Notes: generated by a model from the sequence alone, not told the origin. Positions 37,620-46,209 are shown, numbered from the stretch's first letter. The stretch is DNA of 64,000 nt from Candidatus Marinacidobacterales bacterium (GCA_965237955.1 OZ250169.1:6144001-6208000), one strand, 5' to 3'. Translations and numbers: made by a program.

Positions 37620-38185
37620 GATGGCGTTCCGTCGAATAGCTTACTCGACTCTGCCTCCAGATACTTTCGCAGATTCTTCAAAGCGAAGAAGAAGTTCGCC
37701 TTGGCGGTCCCAACGGGACAGTCCATGATATCCCCAATTTCCTTGTGGGTAAGCTCCTGATAGACGCGGAGCACAAGCGTCATTCGTTGTCGTTCGGGAA
37801 GCCGGGCGACGGCGGTGCGCACCGCCGCCGACACTTCTTTTCGACCGAGCCGCTCCATCGGGGACGGTCCCGGGTCCACGAGATCCGCCGGGAGCTCCTC
37901 CACCCGCCGCTTCCGCGACGACACCCAGTTCAGACATACGTTCACCGCGATCCGGTAGACCCAGGTCGAAAGGCTCGCCTCGCCCCGAAATCCCGAGAGC
38001 CCCCGGTACGCTCGAAGGAAGACTTCCTGAGCCAGGTCTTCCGCGTCGGCGCGATTCCCGGTATAGCGGTAGCAGAGCCCGTAGACGCGCCCGCGATGCG
38101 TTCGCACGAGGTCGTCGAACGTTTGCGTTTCGTCAGTCTCGTCCGGCGGCGCCACCACAAATTCCAGCTTCTCAGCTGCGCTCAC
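37616..38185 (-). CDS. ECF RNA polymerase sigma-70 factor
   Basis: DAEDLAQEVFLRAY, FRGEASLSTWVYRIAVN, LPERQR, EIGDIMDCPVGTAK. Confidence 0.95.
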   Translation of the reverse strand: MSAAEKLEFVVAPPDETDETQTFDDLVRTHRGRVYGLCYRYTGNRADAEDLAQEVFLRAYRGLSGFRGEASLSTWVYRIAVNVCLNWVSSRKRRVEELPADLVDPGPSPMERLGRKEVSAAVRTAVARLPERQRMTLVLRVYQELTHKEIGDIMDCPVGTAKANFFFALKNLRKYLEAESSKLFDGTPS

Positions 38186-38227
38186 CGATGTCGAATCCTA
38201 CTCAGCCCCATGTGTCCTCCCGATATC

Positions 38228-38256
38228 TTGGACATGCCGCCACCCTTGAAGGTTTA
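38228..38256 (-). promoter_or_regulatory. Candidate ECF autoregulatory promoter
   Basis: Minus strand TAAACC-N17-GTCCAA upstream of the sigma gene, resembling the AAC/GTC ECF consensus. Confidence 0.4.
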
Positions 38257-38289
38257 ATAGCGTCCGCAATAAAGTAGTTTCTGAGCCGG

Positions 38290-38319
38290 TTGACACAAAA
38301 CCCGCCAAAGTGCTACCCT
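38290..38319 (+). promoter_or_regulatory. Putative sigma70 promoter for the actin-like operon
   Basis: TTGACA (38290-38295) - 18 nt - TACCCT (38314-38319), preceded by TG (extended -10). Confidence 0.5.
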
Positions 38320-38454
38320 TTTGGTGCTTTTACCTGTAGATTTGTAAGTTCCCTGCTGACTTCGACCTGGTAGAACTGTCGGGCTTGGTCCCGCGCGGGG
38401 GAGAGTTCTCTCCCCCACTCCGACGAAATCTTACAGGAAATAGGAATCGCTATA

Positions 38455-39528
38455 ATGGCTGTCCGAAAGTCTCTCAAAAAGCCCGCGCCAAGAACCAAGA
38501 CGCGCGCCAAAGCTCCGGCACGCAAGAGACCGACCCAATCGAACGGCAAGCCCATCGGTTTGGATCTCGGCACGAGTACCGTCGTCGCCGCGCGGCAAAA
38601 CGGCCGCGGCGTTCGCGCGAACACCGAGCTCAACGCGTTCATCGAGCTGCCAAAGTCCCGCTTTACCGAGCAGATCCTCGACCAAAACAAGATCGACTTC
38701 GTACGCGACAACCGTCACCTCATCGTGTTCGGAAACGGCGCGTTCAAGTTCGCGAACATGTTCAACGCCGAGACCCGGCGGCCGATGCGCCACGGGCTCG
38801 TCAATGCCGGTGAGCCCCACGCGCAAAAACTTCTCGAGGCCATCGTCGAAAAACTCGTCGGCAAGCCGCAGTCGAAGGGCGAGCTTCTTTGCTTCAGCGT
38901 TCCCGGTCCGCCTCTGGGCTCGCCGTCGAGCCTCGTGTACCACGAAGCTTTGATGAAGCAGATGCTCGACAACATGGGCTTCGAAGCCAAGTCGATCAAC
39001 GAAGGGCTCGCGGTCGTGTTCTCCGAGCTCGAGAAGGAGAACTTTTCGGGCATCGGGATAAGCTTCGGAGGCGGGCTCACGAACGTGTGTCTCGCCTATC
39101 TTTCGGTTCCAGTGTTTACCTTTGCCGTGGACAAAGGCGGTGATGACGTCGACGAAGCGGTCGGCGAAGTGACCGGCGAGACGGCGACGCGCGTCAAAGC
39201 AATCAAAGAAGAGGGGCTCGACTTGAGCCGCAAGGCTCGCAGCAAAGTCGCCGGCGCACTCCAGATATACTACGACGATCTGATCGCGACCGTCGTCGAA
39301 GGTATCGGGGAGGCGTTTTCGCGCTCCGACCGCATTCCCAAGCTCGACAAACCGCTTCCGGTCGTCCTCGGTGGCGGCACGGCTCTACCGAAGGGTTTCG
39401 TCACCCGGTTCTCGAAAGCTCTCGAAGAAGAGAACCTGCCCATCGAGCTGGACGCCGTGCGCAGGGCCAACGAGCCTCTCACCGCGACGGCACGCGGAGC
39501 GCTTTTGGCCGCGTTGTACGAGAACTGA
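38455..39528 (+). CDS. Actin-fold (ASKHA) ATPase, volactin-like, paralog 1 with basic N-terminal tail
   Basis: Phosphate-1 GLDLGTS, ETRRPM.HG, connect-1 INEG, phosphate-2 GISFGGGLTNV, KGGD..D, adenosine VVLGGGT, connect-2 ATARGAL. Confidence 0.85.
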   Translation: MAVRKSLKKPAPRTKTRAKAPARKRPTQSNGKPIGLDLGTSTVVAARQNGRGVRANTELNAFIELPKSRFTEQILDQNKIDFVRDNRHLIVFGNGAFKFANMFNAETRRPMRHGLVNAGEPHAQKLLEAIVEKLVGKPQSKGELLCFSVPGPPLGSPSSLVYHEALMKQMLDNMGFEAKSINEGLAVVFSELEKENFSGIGISFGGGLTNVCLAYLSVPVFTFAVDKGGDDVDEAVGEVTGETATRVKAIKEEGLDLSRKARSKVAGALQIYYDDLIATVVEGIGEAFSRSDRIPKLDKPLPVVLGGGTALPKGFVTRFSKALEEENLPIELDAVRRANEPLTATARGALLAALYEN

Positions 39529-39547
39529 TTCGAAGAAGGAGACCCCC

Positions 39548-40558
39548 ATGGAAAACATGGTAGCGAGCGGCGAAGGCCGTATCGGGCTAGACGTCGGCAC
39601 GAGCAAGATCATGTCGATACGCCAAAGCGGCAACCAGCTAAAGGCATCCGCCGAGATCAACGCGTTTCTGCCGCTCCCCTATTCCCGCATCACCGAGAAC
39701 ATCCTTCTGCAAAACAAAGTCCACTACTACCAGAACAACGGGCAATTCTTCGTCTACGGCAACAACGCCGAAAAGTTCGCAGGGCTCTTCAACGCGGAGA
39801 CACGGCGACCCATGAGTGGCGGCCTCATCAACCCGGACGAGCCCGCCGCGCTCACGCTCATCAAGGTCATCATCCAGGGATTGGTGAAAAAGCCAAAGGC
39901 GAAAGACGATCTCGTGTGCTACTCGGTTCCAGGCGCTCCAGCGGACGCACCGAACAATCTGATCTACCACGAGCAGCTTCTGAAGGGCTATCTGAGCGAG
40001 CTCGGGTACCAATCGAAGAGCGTGAACGAAGGCCAGGCCATTATTTTCTCCGAGCTCGAAAAGGAGAATTTCACCGGTATCGGGATTTCCGTGGGCGGCG
40101 GAATGTGCAATGCATGCCTCGCGTACCTTTCGGTCCCGGTGGTGTCGTTCTCGACGTCCAAGGCGGGAGACTTCATCGACAAGAGCGTGGGATCGGTAAC
40201 CGGTGAGTCCGCGACCCGGGTGAAGATGATCAAGGAGCAGTCGCTCGACCTCGCACACTCTCCTAAAGACAAGGTAGAAGAAGCGCTCCATATCTACTAC
40301 GATGAGGTCATCGCCACGCTCATCAGCACTCTCAACGAAGCGGTGAGCAAGACTTCGACGGAGTCGCACCAATTGGACAAACCCCTGCCCGTCGTTCTCG
40401 CCGGCGGCACGGCACAGCCGAAGGGCTTTCGTGATCGCTTCGAGAAAGCTCTTTACGAGTCGAGTTGCCCGGTGCCCATCTCCGAGGTGAGGCTCTCACC
40501 GAACCCGACACAGGCCACCGCGCGCGGCGCATTCATCGCGGCGGTGTACGACAGCTAA
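39548..40558 (+). CDS. Actin-fold (ASKHA) ATPase, volactin-like, paralog 2
   Basis: GLDVGTS, ETRRPM.GG, VNEG, GISVGGGMCNA, KAGDFID, VVLAGGT, ATARGAF; AAGGAG RBS; co-linear with paralog 1. Confidence 0.85.
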   Translation: MENMVASGEGRIGLDVGTSKIMSIRQSGNQLKASAEINAFLPLPYSRITENILLQNKVHYYQNNGQFFVYGNNAEKFAGLFNAETRRPMSGGLINPDEPAALTLIKVIIQGLVKKPKAKDDLVCYSVPGAPADAPNNLIYHEQLLKGYLSELGYQSKSVNEGQAIIFSELEKENFTGIGISVGGGMCNACLAYLSVPVVSFSTSKAGDFIDKSVGSVTGESATRVKMIKEQSLDLAHSPKDKVEEALHIYYDEVIATLISTLNEAVSKTSTESHQLDKPLPVVLAGGTAQPKGFRDRFEKALYESSCPVPISEVRLSPNPTQATARGAFIAAVYDS

Positions 40559-40596
40559 CCCGTCTCGGCAGGAGCCAATAGCGTCCCGTCGCCGAC

Positions 40597-41907
40597 ATGC
40601 TGACGTCTCGTCCACCAACTGCCCCTCCCTCGCTTCCTCATAAACGACTTCGCGCGAGCCTCGACTTTCTTTCGTCGAGAATTCCCGATCCGGTCAACAA
40701 GCTCTGGTTCATCAACCGCACGCTCGAGGTCTTCGACGAGAAACCGCAGGGGGTCAAGAGGCTCCCGATCGTGCGCGGTATCGTGTTCCATTACGTCGCG
40801 CTCGAATCACTCGGCGAGCTCGTTTGGAGCCCGAAGCCAACGACGGTCGCTCTTCCCCGAGGACCGCTTTTGGCGCTCTATCGACTTCGTCACGTGCTCC
40901 TCGTGGTGACGTTTCTCGCCGTCGGCTTCGGAGGCTACCGCATCGGGCTCGTCGGCTATGAAGCCGCACAATCAGGCGCCGACTGGCTGTTTGCTCAGCT
41001 GGTACCGGTGCCCGCGGCCGCATCCACGACGGCGCTCGAAAGCTATCCCGACAGGCTTACGGTGCCGCCCACAAACGTGTGGCTGGTCTCGAACGTAGGT
41101 GAGGTCGAGCTCTGGAGTAACGGCCTGCGCGTCGATACCAGCTTCGAGACACCGGGCAACCCGCGGAGCTTTTTCGCGTTTCCGAAAGACGGCTCGCCGC
41201 CGGTCCCTCTCGGAGGCGCACCCATCGGAATCGTGTACCACGCGAGCCAAAGCGACATGGCGCCGTTCGCGCAACAGTTCAATCGCAACATCCTGACGAC
41301 GACGCGCGATCTCGTCGGGTGGCTCAGCCGTCGTGAAATCTACAACTACATGATCGACCGCTTCGGCCAGGTCTACCGCATCGTCTCCGACAAAGGGGTC
41401 GCGGTCCATGCCGGGGTCTCGATCTGGTCGGACGACGATTACTACCATCTGAACTTGAACGAGAGCTTCATCGGCGTCGCGTTCGAAAGCCAATGGAGCT
41501 CTGGTCGGGACATCATTACGCCCGCACAGGTCCAGGCTGCGCTCAACCTCACCGACGTCCTGCGAGCGCGCTATCGGATCGCGGACGCCAACTGTGTCCC
41601 TCACGGCCTCGTCTCGGTGAACGCCGCGAAAAAGCTCGTCGGCTACCACGCCGACTGGGCGAAGAACTTCCCCTTCGGCGCTCTCGGGTTGGACGACAAG
41701 TATGAGCTCGCTCCGGCGAGCATGACCGCGTTCGGGTTCAGCTACGACGAGGATCTCGTGAGCCGCCTCGGTGGCGAGCTTTGGCCCGGCGTTGGCTTCG
41801 CCGAGCAAGAGGTGCGGACCCGCGCCCGAGAAGAGGGCGTCACGCCCGAACTCTTTCGGGCACGGATGCACCAGCGTTATCTTCAGAACGTCGCCCTCGC
41901 GAAGTAG
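40597..41907 (+). CDS. Single-pass membrane N-acetylmuramoyl-L-alanine amidase (Amidase_2/PGRP fold)
   Basis: About 100-aa N-terminal region, TM VLLVVTFLAVGFGGY, then GIVYHAS, YNYMIDRFGQVYRIV, AVHAG, N..FIGVAFE, TPAQ, VPHG, HAD. Confidence 0.8.
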   Translation: MLTSRPPTAPPSLPHKRLRASLDFLSSRIPDPVNKLWFINRTLEVFDEKPQGVKRLPIVRGIVFHYVALESLGELVWSPKPTTVALPRGPLLALYRLRHVLLVVTFLAVGFGGYRIGLVGYEAAQSGADWLFAQLVPVPAAASTTALESYPDRLTVPPTNVWLVSNVGEVELWSNGLRVDTSFETPGNPRSFFAFPKDGSPPVPLGGAPIGIVYHASQSDMAPFAQQFNRNILTTTRDLVGWLSRREIYNYMIDRFGQVYRIVSDKGVAVHAGVSIWSDDDYYHLNLNESFIGVAFESQWSSGRDIITPAQVQAALNLTDVLRARYRIADANCVPHGLVSVNAAKKLVGYHADWAKNFPFGALGLDDKYELAPASMTAFGFSYDEDLVSRLGGELWPGVGFAEQEVRTRAREEGVTPELFRARMHQRYLQNVALAK

Positions 41908-41960
41908 CCCCGGCCGCAGTCCGAACCCGTGCCCGTACCGCCTCCTGTCAACGAAACCGC

Positions 41961-42113
41961 TTACTGGAGAAACAAGACAGCAGTAACAGGACCCAATTTC
42001 AGTGCGAGCGGGAAATGGATTTCCATAGCCATTTGCGCCCACATCTGACTCAATACGAAAAGGCCGAGAGTCAATGCCACGATTCTACTGAAACGTTCAC
42101 GACTAACAAGCAC
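41961..42113 (-). CDS. Candidate 50-aa hydrophobic small protein
   Basis: GAGGAG 8 nt upstream of GTG; MLVSRERFSRIVALTLGLFVLSQMWAQMAMEIHFPLALKLGPVTAVLFLQ. Confidence 0.4.
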   Translation of the reverse strand: MLVSRERFSRIVALTLGLFVLSQMWAQMAMEIHFPLALKLGPVTAVLFLQ

Positions 42114-42366
42114 CGATATGACTCCTCGCAGATGTATAAATGTTACACGGACTCCCCGTCTCAAAATAAAAGACGAATTGAACGAAGGGGGATCCGCTTG
42201 CCGAATACTAGGAGTTCCAACGATTCGTGTCTAGAGTAAGAATTTCCCTAGATGGAAATTCCCTACACAACGACTCGATCGGGTTGTATTCGGGGCTTTT
42301 TGCCTCCAGTCGAGGACAGCCGTCCGCCTCATGCGCGCCCCCGAAGCGTTGGCTTCCGCCCACGCG

Positions 42367-42711
42367 CTACTCTCTAGTAGTGTCGCCACCGGAGGGCAAG
42401 ATGGTCGGAAACTGCCGCACGTTCCCGGAGTCGCCGCCTTTCGGAGTCGAGATCCGCCCGACGCCCTCTTTCTCGACCTCGTCGATGCGCACGATCGCGT
42501 GAAGTGGGACGTGCGTGCGTTTGACGCCGTCGAACTCCCGCTCCAGCCGTTCCTGCGACGGATCGATCACGACCTTGGTACCCTGCCCAAAGGCCAGCTC
42601 TTCGACTTCGACGAAACCGAACAGCCCACCCTGGGAGACCTTGCGGGCGTAAATCTCATAGATCTCGCCCTGATTGAAAAAGATAACCTTATATATGTAG
42701 TCGTCCGCCAT
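42367..42711 (-). CDS. DUF1820-family protein
   Basis: IYKVIFFNQG.IYEIYA..V.Q..LFGFVEVEEL.FG...VVIDPS.ERL..EF.GVKRT.VP.HAIVRIDEVEKEG. Confidence 0.85.
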   Translation of the reverse strand: MADDYIYKVIFFNQGEIYEIYARKVSQGGLFGFVEVEELAFGQGTKVVIDPSQERLEREFDGVKRTHVPLHAIVRIDEVEKEGVGRISTPKGGDSGNVRQFPTILPSGGDTTRE

Positions 42712-42785
42712 GCTGCGCGATTCTACCAGTTGTTCTATGCTTCTGGGGCACTACAAACTATCCTAACAAGCTCTTCTTCCTTATA

Positions 42786-42864
42786 CCCCTCTCCCGCCCG
42801 CGGGAGAGGGTCCCGAGCGACCCGCCGAAGCTACCGGCGAAGGCGGTACGGGGGAGAGGGAGAG
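42786..42864. repeat. REP-like palindromes (CCCTCTCCC..GGGAGAGGG with an adjacent CCGCCGAAGC..GCGAAGGCGG motif)
   Basis: CCCTCTCCCGC CC GCGGGAGAGGG hairpin, then CCGCCGAAGCTACCGGCGAAGGCGG, then GGGGAGAGGGAGAG. Confidence 0.6.
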
Positions 42865-42893
42865 TCGGAGCGACTCGCTTCGCGAGTCGGTCT

Positions 42894-43208
42894 TCAAGTA
42901 TTTTCGTCGATCCAACCGAGATAGGCGGCGCTTCCCTGCTCGATGGGGAGGACGATCAGCTCGGGAACGTCGTACGTGTGCAGCTCATCGAGTGCGGATG
43001 CGAGAGCATGATAGCGATCCGCGCGGGTTTTCATCAGGAGCACGCATTCGGCATCGTCTTCGATGGTGCCCTTCCAGCGGTACAGGCTTCTGACGCGCGG
43101 CACGATGTTTACGCACGCGACGATACGTCTCTCGAGGAGTGCTCTCGCGAGAACGACCGCGCTCTCTTCATCCCCGGTCGTGGTCACGGCCATGATGTGC
43201 TCCGCCAT
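42894..43208 (-). CDS. cutA: Divalent-cation tolerance protein CutA
   Basis: VACVNIVP.V.S.Y.WKG.IE, LMKT, LH.YDVPELI, YL.WI. Confidence 0.93.
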   Translation of the reverse strand: MAEHIMAVTTTGDEESAVVLARALLERRIVACVNIVPRVRSLYRWKGTIEDDAECVLLMKTRADRYHALASALDELHTYDVPELIVLPIEQGSAAYLGWIDENT

Positions 43209-43273
43209 CTCACCCTCCTTCAACATCTTCACATCTTCAAAAGCGATGTTACCTGCTATAATTCGTCGACAAC

Positions 43274-43639
43274 ATGACAATCAAGAGACCGCCAAGAAAG
43301 GACGGCGCTGCTTGCGACTCGGCAAGGTCGAGACGTCTCCGCGAGTCGAAGGTCAAAAAGAAAGCGCTCGGCCTCGCCGCGTTTCTCATCGTCGCGCTCT
43401 CGATCCTGAACGCTTTTTTTGGCGATCGCGGCGTCCTCGGTCTCTTGGAGGGGCGTAACAACTATCGCGCTCTCGAGAGAGAAGTCGAGGCCCTTCAAGC
43501 GAACAATCAACGCCTCGCAAACGAAATCCACGCACTTCGTACCGACCCGCTCGTCATCGAGCGCCGCGCGCGGGAAGTCCTGGGAATGGCCCGCCCTGGA
43601 GAAATCGCGCTACAGATACGCACTCCGGACGAAAACTAG
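43274..43639 (+). CDS. ftsB: Septum formation initiator FtsB/DivIC
   Basis: TM, FGDRG, leucine zipper, IERRAREVLGMARPGE. Confidence 0.88.
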   Translation: MTIKRPPRKDGAACDSARSRRLRESKVKKKALGLAAFLIVALSILNAFFGDRGVLGLLEGRNNYRALEREVEALQANNQRLANEIHALRTDPLVIERRAREVLGMARPGEIALQIRTPDEN

Positions 43640-43642
43640 GCA

Positions 43643-44503
43643 CTAGTCACTATCACGATTCCGGAATCCACCTGCCGCCGCGGCGAGCTCTCCGCCCCAC
43701 AGGAGGATCGACGCGGATAGGTTGATCCACAACAGGAACACGATGAGGGTCGCGAGCGCACCGTACGTCCGGGTGTAGCTCGCGAGGTGGCTGATGTAGT
43801 AGGTGAAGCCGACCTTCAAAATATTCCACAGCGTTCCGGCGACCACACCGCCTATTAGAGCCACCCGCCACGGAATGGACTTCGCTGGCACCAGCCAGTA
43901 GACGACAAAAAACGCGAACACCGTGAGCGACCACGGGATAACCGTACGACTGAGGAACGTGTCCAACACCTGGTAGAGCGGCAGTGTTTTCAGCGGAGCG
44001 AGCGCGGTGGTATCGATGAAACGGTCGACGGTGCCCATCACACCCTCCATCACCACCGTCGCAACCAGTACCACGCTCATCAAACCGACGAGAGCGACCG
44101 CGAACAACTTGCGCAGGGCGAACGGCCGTCGCTTGTCGACACGGAAGACATGGTCGAGTCCGGATTCGACCTTCGAGAACACCTTGCTCGCGGTCCAGAG
44201 AACAAGAACCAGATAGCCGACGCCCGACCAAACGTGACTCTGGAGCGATCGCACCTGGGTCATGAGCTGGGGTGGCATCCGGTAGAGCAGATTCTGAAAG
44301 AAGAGCTCGGTCCCTTTCTCGGCGGCGTCCGTACCGAGGGCCAAAGCCCCAATCGTTACCAGGAAGACCGCGAGCGGCAAGAAAGATAGTAGTCCGAAGT
44401 AGGCGATAACAGTCGCCCGATCGAAACACCTGTCGAGGTGGAAGTGCACCGTCGCGCGGAAGACGGGCTCGACGACCGCCCAAAGGCGTTTGACGATAGG
44501 CAT
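43643..44503 (-). CDS. YihY/virulence factor BrkB family membrane protein
   Basis: IAYFGLLSFLP, multiple TMs, YGALATLIVFLLWINLSA.ILL.GGE. Confidence 0.9.
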   Translation of the reverse strand: MPIVKRLWAVVEPVFRATVHFHLDRCFDRATVIAYFGLLSFLPLAVFLVTIGALALGTDAAEKGTELFFQNLLYRMPPQLMTQVRSLQSHVWSGVGYLVLVLWTASKVFSKVESGLDHVFRVDKRRPFALRKLFAVALVGLMSVVLVATVVMEGVMGTVDRFIDTTALAPLKTLPLYQVLDTFLSRTVIPWSLTVFAFFVVYWLVPAKSIPWRVALIGGVVAGTLWNILKVGFTYYISHLASYTRTYGALATLIVFLLWINLSASILLWGGELAAAAGGFRNRDSD

Positions 44504-44585
44504 CGCCGCTATTCAATCAGCAAAGGGCGCCTTGGGACAAGCCTGGGGACAAGGAAGACGCGACAGGGTAGACTCCACATCGACC

Positions 44586-45419
44586 ATGCGCTCGAAACCT
44601 CCGTCATCACTGGACTATGATGGGCACCTCCACGAGCTCGCGCTCAACAATTGGCGGCGCGCCCTCCGCGAGCGCGACGTGTCGCGTGCGGAGATCAATG
44701 CGCGCACGCTCACGCGCTCGCACGACAAATTCTGGCGCTTTGTCGGCGGGGTGCACCTCGCGCTCGCGCACCTGTGCGGGGGACGCGCCTCGGCCGCGCT
44801 CGACGCGTTCGCGGGCGCGGCGCGCGCCTACCCGGAAGCACGCGAGCTCGTTTCCGTCGCCAAAACCCAGTCCGCTCATGTGCATCTGGAGACCAACTCG
44901 CCGCAACAAGCGTTAGAGGCCCTGGAAGACGTTGTGACCACGCCGGCGACCCAGTACTGGCGCGCGCTCGCGTACGCTCGCCTTTCCGCGACCGAGGTCG
45001 CGCGAACGCTCGTCGGCGGGCTCGATGACGATCTGTTGCGTGCGCACGTTCTCGTCGAGCTCGGCGATGACGTCGAGCTTCTTCGAAGCGCGGTCGAGCT
45101 CATGCCGGACGACGCGCTCGCATCTCCACGGCCGGCGGTTCCTATCCTCTATGCACTCGCGACTCGCCTACTCGAGAGGAACCAACATGCGGAAGCGGCC
45201 GCGACATTCGCACAAATCGCGGCTCGCTCCGACGCACTTCTTCAATGGCCGCTTCCGTACGCGCGAGCGCTCTATCGTGTCGGCGAGCAAGCCGCGCGCG
45301 ATCACGGTGGTGATTTTGAGCGAGCCCGCGAGGCGTATTCGCGGTTCTTGCACTTGTGGCGAGACGGGGAGATCGATCGTGAGGCGGTCGCCGAAGCGTC
45401 TCAGTTCGTCAAGTTGTAG
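44586..45419 (+). CDS. Hypothetical TPR-like helical protein
   Basis: Ala/Leu-rich helical repeats, AR.AY.RFL.LW.DG C-terminus; start uncertain, could be a fragment. Confidence 0.55.
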   Translation: MRSKPPSSLDYDGHLHELALNNWRRALRERDVSRAEINARTLTRSHDKFWRFVGGVHLALAHLCGGRASAALDAFAGAARAYPEARELVSVAKTQSAHVHLETNSPQQALEALEDVVTTPATQYWRALAYARLSATEVARTLVGGLDDDLLRAHVLVELGDDVELLRSAVELMPDDALASPRPAVPILYALATRLLERNQHAEAAATFAQIAARSDALLQWPLPYARALYRVGEQAARDHGGDFERAREAYSRFLHLWRDGEIDREAVAEASQFVKL

Positions 45420-46111
45420 GCGAACCGGACGACCTCACCGCGGCGCACGACCACGACGCGAAGCTCGGCGGCGGCGGCAAAGCGCGCCAGCAGTCTCCAC
45501 AGCGAGTCGAGACCGCGCAGGGGTTGCTCGTTGATGCTTCGCAGCACGTCTCCCGGAAGAAGGCCCGATTCCGACAAAACGGTCCCGTCGGGAAGACGAA
45601 GGAGCTCGAGCCCCTGCACCTCGCCTTCGACCACCCGGGGCGTGACCTCGGTGTCGCTCAAGATGACGGCGATTTCTTTTTCGAGCCTTTGATTCGCTTC
45701 CGATCGCGAGAACGAACGCCGCACCCACAAGAGCTCAGGCTCGGCGCGCTCAGGCTCAGGCTCCGACGCCAGCGCGGTGGGCGCCGCGCTTCCCGCAATC
45801 GCGATCCGAACCCCGCCGTAGGGCCCCTCGAGAAACGCCGAGTTTCGAGTGACCTCGACGAGAACGTAGCCGGTGTACTCGTGACCGACGCGGAGGGCGC
45901 GGGCCCTCCTGCCTCCGGCACGGCGGACGAGCGCGATGGAGTCGGCGGGGTTCGCCGCAACGATCACGCCGTCGAGGACGAGCTCGACTCGCTCGTCTTC
46001 TGCCTGAGGCGCCTGCGACGCCTGCGACGCCTGCAACGCCTGCAACGAATGACCCGATGCGAGCGCAGCGGTCAACCCGCATGCGATCAAGATGTTAACG
46101 ACAACCTTCAT
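45401..46111 (-). CDS. GspC/PilP-like HR domain + PDZ protein (type II secretion protein C-like)
   Basis: LVLDGVIV....SIALV......LRVG..Y.GY.L.EV (HR domain); GLLPGDVLRSINEQPL, VVVRRGE (PDZ). Confidence 0.7.
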   Translation of the reverse strand: MKVVVNILIACGLTAALASGHSLQALQASQASQAPQAEDERVELVLDGVIVAANPADSIALVRRAGGRRARALRVGHEYTGYVLVEVTRNSAFLEGPYGGVRIAIAGSAAPTALASEPEPERAEPELLWVRRSFSRSEANQRLEKEIAVILSDTEVTPRVVEGEVQGLELLRLPDGTVLSESGLLPGDVLRSINEQPLRGLDSLWRLLARFAAAAELRVVVVRRGEVVRFAYNLTN

Positions 46112-46209
46112 CGACAAGTCCCTTTGGTAGAATAGCCGTCGCGATGTCCCGCGGTCAAGCCGTGCTATATTGCGGAGGTCCGGGTTGTCAGGTTTCTCGT
46201 GCGTAACTA

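Noticed and set aside
38455-40558. Actin pair as mamK, mreB, ftsA or parM
   Set aside because: No mam, mreCD, ftsZ or parR context; phosphate-2 is GIS.GGG rather than D(I/L)GGGT.
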